Origin: Coriobacteriia bacterium
GTDB taxonomy: Bacteria; Actinomycetota; Coriobacteriia; Anaerosomatales; SLCP01
Direction of reading: 5' to 3'
DNA: 64,000 nucleotides
NCBI GenBank assembly: GCA_014859265.1
Contig: JACUUN010000002.1
Coordinates: 472-64,471, forward strand
Positions 54,975-62,287 of the stretch are shown here, one piece after another. Position numbers and translations under genes: made by a program. The notes below the pieces were generated by a model, which was given only the letters and a program-made list of their open reading frames with translations, was not told the origin of the DNA and ran no database searches. Each line of letters opens with the position of its first letter. Positions within the stretch are counted from its first letter, which is position 1.

Positions 54975-55022
54975 CACCCCTATATCTTGGCTATGGGTGA
55001 GCCTAGCACACTATATGTAGCG
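54975..55022 (-). promoter_or_regulatory. two tandem NrdR-box-like 16-mers upstream of nrdR
   Basis: + strand CACCCCTATATCTTGG (54975-54990) and CACACTATATGTAGCG (55007-55022), offset 32 bp. Both have the central TATAT of the recalled consensus acaCwAtATaTwGtgt; the outer halves match only partly. Confidence 0.55.
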
Positions 55023-55087
55023 GCTACAACGGGATAATCGGGCTATTCCCAGAATCGACATACCTCTTCCGGGTCAGTGCCAGTAGA

Positions 55088-55492
55088 TTACCGCTGGGCA
55101 AGAGACCGCTGGGATGCGGTAGTGTCCGGAACCTGAATCAGCTGTCCCGCGTAGACAGCAGAGCCTTGCATCCCGTTGGCCCGGCGTATGAGGTCTGCGG
55201 TTTCGGCCGTGCTCAATCCGTCGACCGGGTACGCGGCTGCGACGCTCCACAGGGAGTCTCCCCGCTCGATTCTGACCGGACGTGTCTGAATCTCGTCCGG
55301 GAGGCTCCTCGTCGCGAGGGTGACCGAGGCCGAAACGAGGGAGATAGCCAGAACGGCCAGGGCAACCCACTCCAAAGCGACGCAAAACTTACGAGTATGT
55401 ACTGAAACCGCAATACGAGGACATGACCTGCTCGCTGACGTGCGACGTGTGAAGTGCTGGTGATGGTCCCCTGCGGCACTCTGTGTGCCCAT
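55088..55492 (-). CDS. LysM-domain membrane protein (ChiZ/Rv2719c-like architecture)
   Basis: Start trimmed to ATG 55492 after AGGAGGGG. Basic N-terminus, TM helix (WVALAVLAISLVSASV), C-terminal LysM (VRIERGDSLWSVAAAY...YAGQLIQVP). Divergent from lexA. Confidence 0.75.
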   Translation of the reverse strand: MGTQSAAGDHHQHFTRRTSASRSCPRIAVSVHTRKFCVALEWVALAVLAISLVSASVTLATRSLPDEIQTRPVRIERGDSLWSVAAAYPVDGLSTAETADLIRRANGMQGSAVYAGQLIQVPDTTASQRSLAQR

Positions 55493-55560
55493 CCCTGTCC
55501 CCTCCTGCTGTGGATTCCGGTGTGTGAAGCAACTGTAGAACCCGGGTCTGACATCCGAAG

Positions 55561-55574
55561 CGAACACATGTTCG
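55561..55574. promoter_or_regulatory. LexA (SOS/Cheo) box 1, perfect palindrome
   Basis: CGAACACATGTTCG matches CGAAC-N4-GTTCG exactly. It lies just downstream of the - strand TATAGT -10 of the LysM gene. Confidence 0.8.
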
Positions 55575-55579
55575 TGCTC

Positions 55580-55607
55580 ACTATACCAAACATGTGTTCG
55601 ATTGCAA
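55580..55607 (-). promoter_or_regulatory. sigma-70-like promoter of the LysM gene
   Basis: On the - strand: TTGCAA (55607-55602), a 16-nt spacer, then TATAGT (55585-55580). The spacer contains SOS box 2. Confidence 0.55.
55587..55600. promoter_or_regulatory. LexA box 2
   Basis: CAAACATGTGTTCG (one mismatch to CGAAC-N4-GTTCG), between the -35 and -10 of the LysM-gene promoter. Confidence 0.7.
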
Positions 55608-55616
55608 TGACTGAGG

Positions 55617-55630
55617 CGAACGCATGTTTG
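55617..55630. promoter_or_regulatory. LexA box 3
   Basis: CGAACGCATGTTTG (one mismatch). Overlaps a TTTGCA/TTGCAC -35-like hexamer on the lexA side. Confidence 0.6.
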
Positions 55631-55662
55631 CACCTGCCGCAAGCGATGTAATACACTGCAGT

Positions 55663-55676
55663 CGAACATGCTTTCG
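55663..55676. promoter_or_regulatory. LexA box 4 (degenerate)
   Basis: CGAACATGCTTTCG (GAAC-N4-TTTC), 18 nt upstream of the lexA ATG and downstream of TAATAC (55649-55654). Confidence 0.5.
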
Positions 55677-55693
55677 GTTGCGAGGGGGACACG

Positions 55694-56317
55694 ATGTCCT
55701 ACAAGCGTGAGCTGACCGACCGTCAGAGGCAGATACTCGACTTCATCCGCGCCGAGATCCACCGGCGGGGATTTCCCCCCTCCGTGCGTGAGATCGGTGA
55801 GGCTGTCGGATTGTCATCGTCATCGACGGTTCACTCGCATCTGGCAGCGCTTGAGGACAAGGGGTTCCTGCGGCGCGATCCATCCAAGCCCAGAGCGCTC
55901 GAGGTCCTCGACTACCGGGACACCGACCGGGCGATCGACTACGGCGCGGTGCGGGCCGTCCCCCTGGTCGGGCAGGTGGCCGCCGGTGCTCCCCTGCTTG
56001 CTGCGGAGAACATCGAAGCCACGATGTCGCTGCCCGCAGAGATGGCCGATGAATCGACCTTCATCCTGCGGGTGCGAGGTGACTCCATGATCGAGGCAGG
56101 AATCCTCGACGGGGACTACGTCGTCGTCCGCCAGCAGAACACGGCGTCGGACGGAGACATCGTGGTCGCCCTCATCGAAGACGATGCGACGGTGAAGCGG
56201 TTCTACAAGGAGGCCGATCGGGTGCGCCTTCAGCCGGAGAACGCCGCCCTTGAGCCCATCTACGCGCGTGAGGTGAGGATTCTCGGCAAGGTCGTTGCGC
56301 TCTTCCGACGTATCTGA
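55694..56317 (+). CDS. lexA: LexA repressor
   Basis: N-terminal winged HTH ([31 protein letters not shown]). Ala-Gly cleavage site (VAAGAP). Ser/Lys dyad contexts RGDSM and ATVKRF. Confidence 0.93.
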   Translation: MSYKRELTDRQRQILDFIRAEIHRRGFPPSVREIGEAVGLSSSSTVHSHLAALEDKGFLRRDPSKPRALEVLDYRDTDRAIDYGAVRAVPLVGQVAAGAPLLAAENIEATMSLPAEMADESTFILRVRGDSMIEAGILDGDYVVVRQQNTASDGDIVVALIEDDATVKRFYKEADRVRLQPENAALEPIYAREVRILGKVVALFRRI

Positions 56318-56344
56318 AGCTGGATGGTCCGTCGTCAGAACCGC

Positions 56345-57679
56345 TCACGGATTTACCTCCGCAGATCCGCTCCCTGACGCGTCAGCGCTTATCTCGTACT
56401 CGGAGAAGCTCGGAACCACCGCCGGGGGCACCTGCATGACGAGCTGTGTCCCCTCCGGCGTGTGTCGCTCGCTCACGAGATGCGTCTTCTCGTGTGCCAG
56501 TCGCACGAGCTCGCCGTGCGTGTAGGGCACAAGCACCGTCATCGTGGTGCTGCCCCTCGCCGCTTCCGCCGCAAGTCTTTCGAGCAGAGTCTCGATGCCC
56601 TTCCCGCTCACTGCGGACAACAACACCGCATCCGGGTGACGTGAGGCCATCCGGATGCGGTCCTCATCTGTGAGGCGGTCGATCTTGTTCAGGACGAGCA
56701 CGCGTGGAGGCGCGCTCGCATCGATCTCCTTCAGCACGATGTCTACCGCTGTCATCTGGGCCTCTGCCTGTACGTGGGAGGCGTCGACGACGTGTAGCAG
56801 CAAATCGGCCTCACGAACCTCGTCGAGCGTCGACTTGAACGCTTCTACGAGACCATGAGGCAGCTTGTTGATGAAACCGACGGTATCGGTGAGAGTGATC
56901 TCCCGACCATCTGCCAGTGTGAGACGTCGTGTGGTCGAGTCGAGCGTCGCGAAGAGCATGTCGTACGCGAGCACACCGGCTCCAGTGAGCGCGTTGAGCA
57001 GGGAGGACTTCCCTGCATTCGTGTAACCGACCAGGGCAACACGGAATACTCCACTGCCCGACCGGGCCTTGCGCTGCGTCTCCCGAGCGGCAGAGACGTG
57101 CCGGAGTTCACGCTTGAGATTGGCGATGCGCTTGCGTGCGAGACGGCGGTCGGTCTCAAGCTGCGATTCGCCGGCACCGAATCGTGCTCCCCGACCGCCG
57201 CCGAGACGCTCACGTACGAGATGCCCCCACATGCCACGCAGGCGCGGGAGGAGGTACTCGAGTTGTGCAAGCTCAACCTGAAGTTTACCTTCACGGCTGA
57301 CGGCATGCATCGCGAAGATCTCGAGGATGAGCGCGGTTCTGTCGAACACCCGTGCGTCAGGCAGGAGGCCCTCGAGGTTGGCCTGCTGGCGCGGTGTCAG
57401 GTCGTCATCGAAGATGACGATGTCCGCGTCCTCGGATCCAGCAAGCAACGCCACTTCCTCGGCTTTGCCGACACCGATGAACGTTCGGGGATTGGCCTTG
57501 TCGAGGCGCTGGGTAGCGGTGGTGACGACGTCGATTCCCGCCGTGTACGTAAGTCGCTCAAGCTCGGCAAGGGACTCCTCAATGGGCCACTCGCTAGCAC
57601 CCCGGTCAACGCCGACGAGAATGGCGCGGGGCCTGGTGTCGTCGCGTTCCCACTCGGGTGGGCGTGAACGCCCGCTCAT
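56345..57679 (-). CDS. hflX: GTPase HflX
   Basis: Start trimmed to ATG 57679. G1 GYTNAGKSS, G3 DTVGF, G4 NKID. HflX N-terminal domain. Confidence 0.9.
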   Translation of the reverse strand: MSGRSRPPEWERDDTRPRAILVGVDRGASEWPIEESLAELERLTYTAGIDVVTTATQRLDKANPRTFIGVGKAEEVALLAGSEDADIVIFDDDLTPRQQANLEGLLPDARVFDRTALILEIFAMHAVSREGKLQVELAQLEYLLPRLRGMWGHLVRERLGGGRGARFGAGESQLETDRRLARKRIANLKRELRHVSAARETQRKARSGSGVFRVALVGYTNAGKSSLLNALTGAGVLAYDMLFATLDSTTRRLTLADGREITLTDTVGFINKLPHGLVEAFKSTLDEVREADLLLHVVDASHVQAEAQMTAVDIVLKEIDASAPPRVLVLNKIDRLTDEDRIRMASRHPDAVLLSAVSGKGIETLLERLAAEAARGSTTMTVLVPYTHGELVRLAHEKTHLVSERHTPEGTQLVMQVPPAVVPSFSEYEISADASGSGSAEVNP

Positions 57680-57692
57680 GGATGCACCATCC

Positions 57693-58847
57693 TCAGAGCA
57701 TGGCCTCGATTCTGGCGATGGCCTCCTCGAGGCGGTCGTCCGGGGTAGCGAGGCTGATACGGACGAAGCCCTCGCCGCTCGGCCCGTAGGCGTTGCCCGG
57801 CGCGACGATGACGTTGGCCTCCTCGAGCACCTTCTCGGCGAACCCTGCCGATGTGTACCCGTCGGGCACACGGGCCCACACGTAGATGGTTCCCTTGGGG
57901 GTGAGTGCCTTCAGGCCGATCTTATCCAGGGCGGTGATGACGAGGTCGCGGCGACGCTGGTAGAAAGCGGACAGCTCGTCGACCTCCTGCGGCCCCAGCA
58001 TGGCCTCGATGGCCGCGTCCTGGACGGCGGTGAACACGCCTGAGTCGATGTTGGACTTGACGGTGCCGAGCGCCTTGATGGCGGTCGCGTTGCCTGCGGC
58101 GAAAGCGACACGCCACCCGGTCATGTTGTACGCCTTGGAGCAGCTGAAGAGCTCGATGGCGACGTCCTTCGCGCCAGGTCGCTCGAGGAAACTCGGCGGC
58201 GTGTAGCCGTCAAAGCCGATCTCGGAGTACGCGTTGTCGTGGATGATGAGCAGGTCATGCTCGCGCGCGAACTCAATCGCCCGATCGAAGTACTCGGGGG
58301 TGGCGGTTGCCGAGGTCGGGTTGTTCGGATACGAGAGGAACATCATCTTGGCCCTGGCAAGCACGTCGGCCGGGGTGGACTCGAAGTCGGCGAGGAAGCC
58401 GTTCTTCTCGGTCATGGGCATCCAGTGCGTGAGCCCTCCGGCGAGGATGCCGCCCGTGTGGTAGACGGGGTAGCCGCAGCCTGGCACGAGCGTGTAGTCA
58501 CCCGGGTCCACGAAGGCGAGGAAGATGTGCGCGATCCCCTCTTTCGAACCGATGAGCGCGAGGATCTCGTCATCAGGGTCGACCTTCACGCCGAAGCGAC
58601 GACCCATCCATTCGGCGCAGGCGTCGCGGTAGCGCTTAGCGCCGTAGTAGCTCGGGTACTGATGGTTGGCGGGGTTACGGATGGCCCCGGCCATCGCGTC
58701 GACGATACGGTCAGGCGTGGGCGTGTCGGGGTCACCGATACCGAGCGAGATGACGTCGATGCCCTGCGCCTGCTTTGCCTCCTTCTTCCTGTCGATCTCG
58801 GCGAACAGGTACGGTGGAAGCTCGGCGATGCGCTGGGCGGTCCTCAC
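57693..58847 (-). CDS. dapL: LL-diaminopimelate aminotransferase-type class I aminotransferase
   Basis: Start trimmed to GTG 58847. LPPYLFAEIDRKK, NNPT, PLP-lysine context SCSKAYNMTGWR. Adjacent to dapF. Confidence 0.75.
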   Translation of the reverse strand: MRTAQRIAELPPYLFAEIDRKKEAKQAQGIDVISLGIGDPDTPTPDRIVDAMAGAIRNPANHQYPSYYGAKRYRDACAEWMGRRFGVKVDPDDEILALIGSKEGIAHIFLAFVDPGDYTLVPGCGYPVYHTGGILAGGLTHWMPMTEKNGFLADFESTPADVLARAKMMFLSYPNNPTSATATPEYFDRAIEFAREHDLLIIHDNAYSEIGFDGYTPPSFLERPGAKDVAIELFSCSKAYNMTGWRVAFAAGNATAIKALGTVKSNIDSGVFTAVQDAAIEAMLGPQEVDELSAFYQRRRDLVITALDKIGLKALTPKGTIYVWARVPDGYTSAGFAEKVLEEANVIVAPGNAYGPSGEGFVRISLATPDDRLEEAIARIEAML

Positions 58848-59009
58848 AGTGCGTCCATCCCCTTCAGGTCGTGGTGCGATTCGGCGTTCCGGTTGGGCAC
58901 CGGCTTCGCCGGTGTGTTCGGGACATGGTAGCAAAGTGTCAGATGCGAAGTGTCCGGTTCAAGGATATCGCACCGGTGTTTGAGTCACGCCGCGGTGGAG
59001 GTAAGAGTG

Positions 59010-59885
59010 TCATGCGGAGATGGTATTCTCCTCGCCTATGCGGACGCTTCCACGGAACACCTCGACCGCCGGTCCGGTCATGTAGACGTGCGCATCGCTG
59101 TCCCAGCGGATGACGAGTTCCCCACCAGGCAGTTCGACGGTCACCTCGCGGTCTGTATGACCGGCAAGGACCGCGGCGACGACCGTAGCGCACGCCCCGG
59201 TGCCACACGCCAGGGTCTCGCCGACACCCCGCTCCCAGACGCGCAACCGGATGTGCCCGCGGCCGACCGGTTGGGCGAACTCGACGTTAGTCTTCGCGGG
59301 GAAGATGGGATCGGTCTCGATGAGCGGGCCTACACTCTCCACCGGAGCGGAGTCGACGTCATCCACCCAGATGATTGCATGGGGGTTGCCCATGGAAACG
59401 GCAGTGACCGAGAACTCCCCTGCTGCTGTAGTGATTCCCTGACCGATCACTCGTTCCCCGGGCAGGTTGACCGGTATCCGAGCGGGCTCGAGGACGGGTT
59501 CGCCCATGTCGACCGTCGCCTTCATCATGAGCCCGTCATCGTCACGCGCGACGGTGATGGGTTTGACCCCGCCGAGGGTCTGAATGCGGATACTGGTTGC
59601 GTCCTCGGCAATCAGCTCGCGGTCGACCAGGTACTTCGCGAAGCACCGGACGCCATTGCCGCACATCTCAGCGGTCGTGCCGTCGGAGTTGTAGTAGAGC
59701 ATGAAGAAGTCGGCTTCGGGTGCTGACGAAGGACGCACGAGAATGAGGCCGTCGGCTCCGATACCGAAGTTGCGGTGGCAGAGCCACACGACTGCTTCAG
59801 GGGCGAGGTCGAGGGTCTCGTCGAGGTCATCGACGACGATGAAGTCGTTTCCGAGACCGTGCATCTTCGTGAACTCAAGGAGCAT
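59010..59885 (-). CDS. dapF: diaminopimelate epimerase
   Basis: FTKMHGLGNDFIVVDD. Two catalytic Cys contexts, MCGNGVRC and ACGTGACA. Confidence 0.92.
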   Translation of the reverse strand: MLLEFTKMHGLGNDFIVVDDLDETLDLAPEAVVWLCHRNFGIGADGLILVRPSSAPEADFFMLYYNSDGTTAEMCGNGVRCFAKYLVDRELIAEDATSIRIQTLGGVKPITVARDDDGLMMKATVDMGEPVLEPARIPVNLPGERVIGQGITTAAGEFSVTAVSMGNPHAIIWVDDVDSAPVESVGPLIETDPIFPAKTNVEFAQPVGRGHIRLRVWERGVGETLACGTGACATVVAAVLAGHTDREVTVELPGGELVIRWDSDAHVYMTGPAVEVFRGSVRIGEENTISA

Positions 59886-59903
59886 CGACTTCTCCTTCGT
59901 GTT

Positions 59904-60905
59904 TCAGGGTGTCAGCAGCCGCCACGTGTCTGGTGCGGGCGTGCCGGTCGACGGTCCATCGGATTCTATCAGTCCGCGCGCCACCTCGGCACGCTTATCG
60001 GCAGAGCGGTCGGTCGCATCGAGCCAGCGGATGCGTGGGTCCGAACGGAACCAGGTGAGCTGTCGCTTCGCGTACCGCCGTGTTGCCTGCTTGATATCCG
60101 CGACCGCCCCGGCAAGATCTGCACCAGACTCCACCACTGGCACGAGCTCTTTGTAGCCGATCGCTTGTGCTGCGGTAAGAGCGTCGCGGAATCCAGCCCG
60201 GAGGAGCGATTCGACCTCGCCGAGGAGTCCCAGCCCGATCATGTTGTCGACGCGTGCGTCAATGCAGCGGTAGAGGGCCTCTCGCTCCATCGTCAGGCCC
60301 AGAAATACTGCGTCGTAGATGCTCTGGCGAACCGAGAAGCGTTCGGCCTGCGTGGCGTAGGAGCCCCCCCGGGACGCCATCTCGAGGGCGCGGATGGTTC
60401 GCCGAACGTTCGAGGGGTGGATGAGCTTCGCTGCTGCCTCATCCACAGCCGCGAGACGGGTGTGCAGAGCTTGCGCGCCGATGCTCTCCGCTTCACGCAC
60501 GAGGGCGTCCCGCTCCGGAGTTGCCGTCTCACCGCCGGGAAACTCCCAATCGTCGAGTGCGGCACGGACGTAGAGGCCGGTGCCTCCGCAGACGACGGGC
60601 ATCCGGCCGGCCGCATCTATCCGTGCGATTACGTCCCGTGCGGCCTGCTGGAAGAGCGCCGCACTGAATGGTGTACCGGGATCGACGAGGTCGAGGCAGT
60701 GGTAGGGCACGCGCCGTTCAGCGACGCGAGGCTTGGCGGTCCCGATATCCATGCCCCTGTACACCTGCATGGAGTCTGCCGAGACGATCTCGCCGCCGAG
60801 TGAGGCAGCCAGGTGTTCGGCGAGCTCGGTCTTGCCGACGGCGGTCGGTCCGACGATTGCGATGACGCGTGTCGGAATGTCGGACTTAGGTGTAACGGTC
60901 GACAC
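59904..60905 (-). CDS. miaA: tRNA dimethylallyltransferase
   Basis: Start trimmed to GTG 60905. P-loop GPTAVGKT, SADSMQVYRGMDIGTAKP. Overlaps the upstream gene's 3' end by 20 nt. Confidence 0.9.
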   Translation of the reverse strand: MSTVTPKSDIPTRVIAIVGPTAVGKTELAEHLAASLGGEIVSADSMQVYRGMDIGTAKPRVAERRVPYHCLDLVDPGTPFSAALFQQAARDVIARIDAAGRMPVVCGGTGLYVRAALDDWEFPGGETATPERDALVREAESIGAQALHTRLAAVDEAAAKLIHPSNVRRTIRALEMASRGGSYATQAERFSVRQSIYDAVFLGLTMEREALYRCIDARVDNMIGLGLLGEVESLLRAGFRDALTAAQAIGYKELVPVVESGADLAGAVADIKQATRRYAKRQLTWFRSDPRIRWLDATDRSADKRAEVARGLIESDGPSTGTPAPDTWRLLTP

Positions 60906-62268
60906 GGAATCGTTCCAGGCTACAGGGGTCGTCAGGTCCGATGCCTGCCTTGCGGCGCGCGATGTCGACCTGCTGGGCTGCGGAGTCCACACCGTCGAGA
61001 TCGGGCAGCAACAGTCCGCAGCGCCACCCGCAGGAGACGATGACACCGTAGTCCGAGGGGTCGAGGTCGGCGAAGGAGCATTCCTCGGGGGGATGCAGGA
61101 TGTCGACCTTTACCTCGAGAAGCGGCACCTCCTCCACGGAGACTGTCGGGAAGCGCGGGTCAGCCGTCGCGGCCTGGATGGCGTTCCTGACGACCTCCTC
61201 TGCGAGTGTGGGCTGCGTGGGGAGTATCGTGCCGATACAGCCCCGCAGTTGTCCGTCGAGATGAAGGCTCACGAACGCGCCGGCGCGAGGAGGCAGTGAG
61301 GGGTCACTGAGAGGTTCGGGGGTCGGCTCGACACCTCGTTCGATACGGTCGGAGATCGCCGAGCGCGCGAGCTTCACGAGCTCGTGCTCTTCGTCAGCGG
61401 CCCTGCCGCCCTTCTGACCAACGGACTCCGTTTCGGCTTCGGCACGCACCCCAGGAGTCTTGCTCGTATCGCCGACGAGTGCGGTGAGATAGCCGACGCC
61501 CCAGGGTCCCTCGTAGGCCAGCACGCGCGCCGGCGCACCCGGGAGGACGCCGGAGAGAGTCACCAGCGAACGCAATCCGCACTCCCCTGCTACCTCCGCG
61601 AGCTGGCGATCCACGTGAAGCAGTCCGTCCAGGTCGCTCCGGCGAACGTGGTCGACGACCAGCTGGTCGAAGTCCTTACCGCGCGGTGAGTATCCCGCCG
61701 GTGCGTCAGGCGTCAGGCGGTGGCTGAGGTCTCCGCTTGCGAGGAACGCGATACGGCGTCCGAGCGCCATCGCAACCTCGGTCACTGCCGAGCCGAGCCG
61801 ACGGTGCTGCTCGAAGGAGAGGCCGGACAGTGACAAGTTCACGAGAGGAAGCGCGCCTTCAGGGTCGAGAAAACTCAAAGGAACAAGCACGCCGTGGTCG
61901 AGCACGCCCGGCTGGAGTCCCGGGTGGACTGTTCGGGAGAGCGCGGGGATGCCCGCCGCATCGAGGTGCTCGAGGAGCCGTTCGGCGAATTCGGTATCCG
62001 TGCGCGCCGCGATGCCGGAACGTGGTGCTCCGAAGTTCGCGAGGGTGCCAGCGGTACGGGGACTCGTGTCCACGGTGAACGCGTCTGAGAGCGCTGGAGT
62101 GTGCGGTGAGATGACTACGAGGGTGTCCGGCGAGAAGCGTTGAAGCGCGGTCGCCGCCGTGCGCATCGCCTCGACTGACGCGGCGGTCACGTCGCTTCGC
62201 GCACCTCCGACCCCCCGTACCATGATCGGAGGGTGAGGCGCGATGATCCCGAGTATCGGTGAACTCAC
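60886..62268 (-). CDS. fusion protein: LigB-type (class III extradiol dioxygenase subunit B-like / Memo-related) domain + AMMECR1 domain
   Basis: Start trimmed to GTG 62268 with GAGGAGG 6 nt upstream, 19 nt after the miaB stop. N-half: IIAPHPP, VISPHTP, LDHGVLVPL, ASGDLSH. C-half: AGAFVSLHLDGQLRGCIG, ADPRFP, LLLP (AMMECR1). Confidence 0.8.
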   Translation of the reverse strand: MSSPILGIIAPHPPIMVRGVGGARSDVTAASVEAMRTAATALQRFSPDTLVVISPHTPALSDAFTVDTSPRTAGTLANFGAPRSGIAARTDTEFAERLLEHLDAAGIPALSRTVHPGLQPGVLDHGVLVPLSFLDPEGALPLVNLSLSGLSFEQHRRLGSAVTEVAMALGRRIAFLASGDLSHRLTPDAPAGYSPRGKDFDQLVVDHVRRSDLDGLLHVDRQLAEVAGECGLRSLVTLSGVLPGAPARVLAYEGPWGVGYLTALVGDTSKTPGVRAEAETESVGQKGGRAADEEHELVKLARSAISDRIERGVEPTPEPLSDPSLPPRAGAFVSLHLDGQLRGCIGTILPTQPTLAEEVVRNAIQAATADPRFPTVSVEEVPLLEVKVDILHPPEECSFADLDPSDYGVIVSCGWRCGLLLPDLDGVDSAAQQVDIARRKAGIGPDDPCSLERFRVDRYT

Positions 62269-62287
62269 GTCGAGCCTCCTCAGCGGC

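Noticed and set aside
59775-60803. 342-aa + strand ORF antisense to dapF/miaA.
   Set aside because: It overlaps two confidently identified - strand genes and has off-frame composition.
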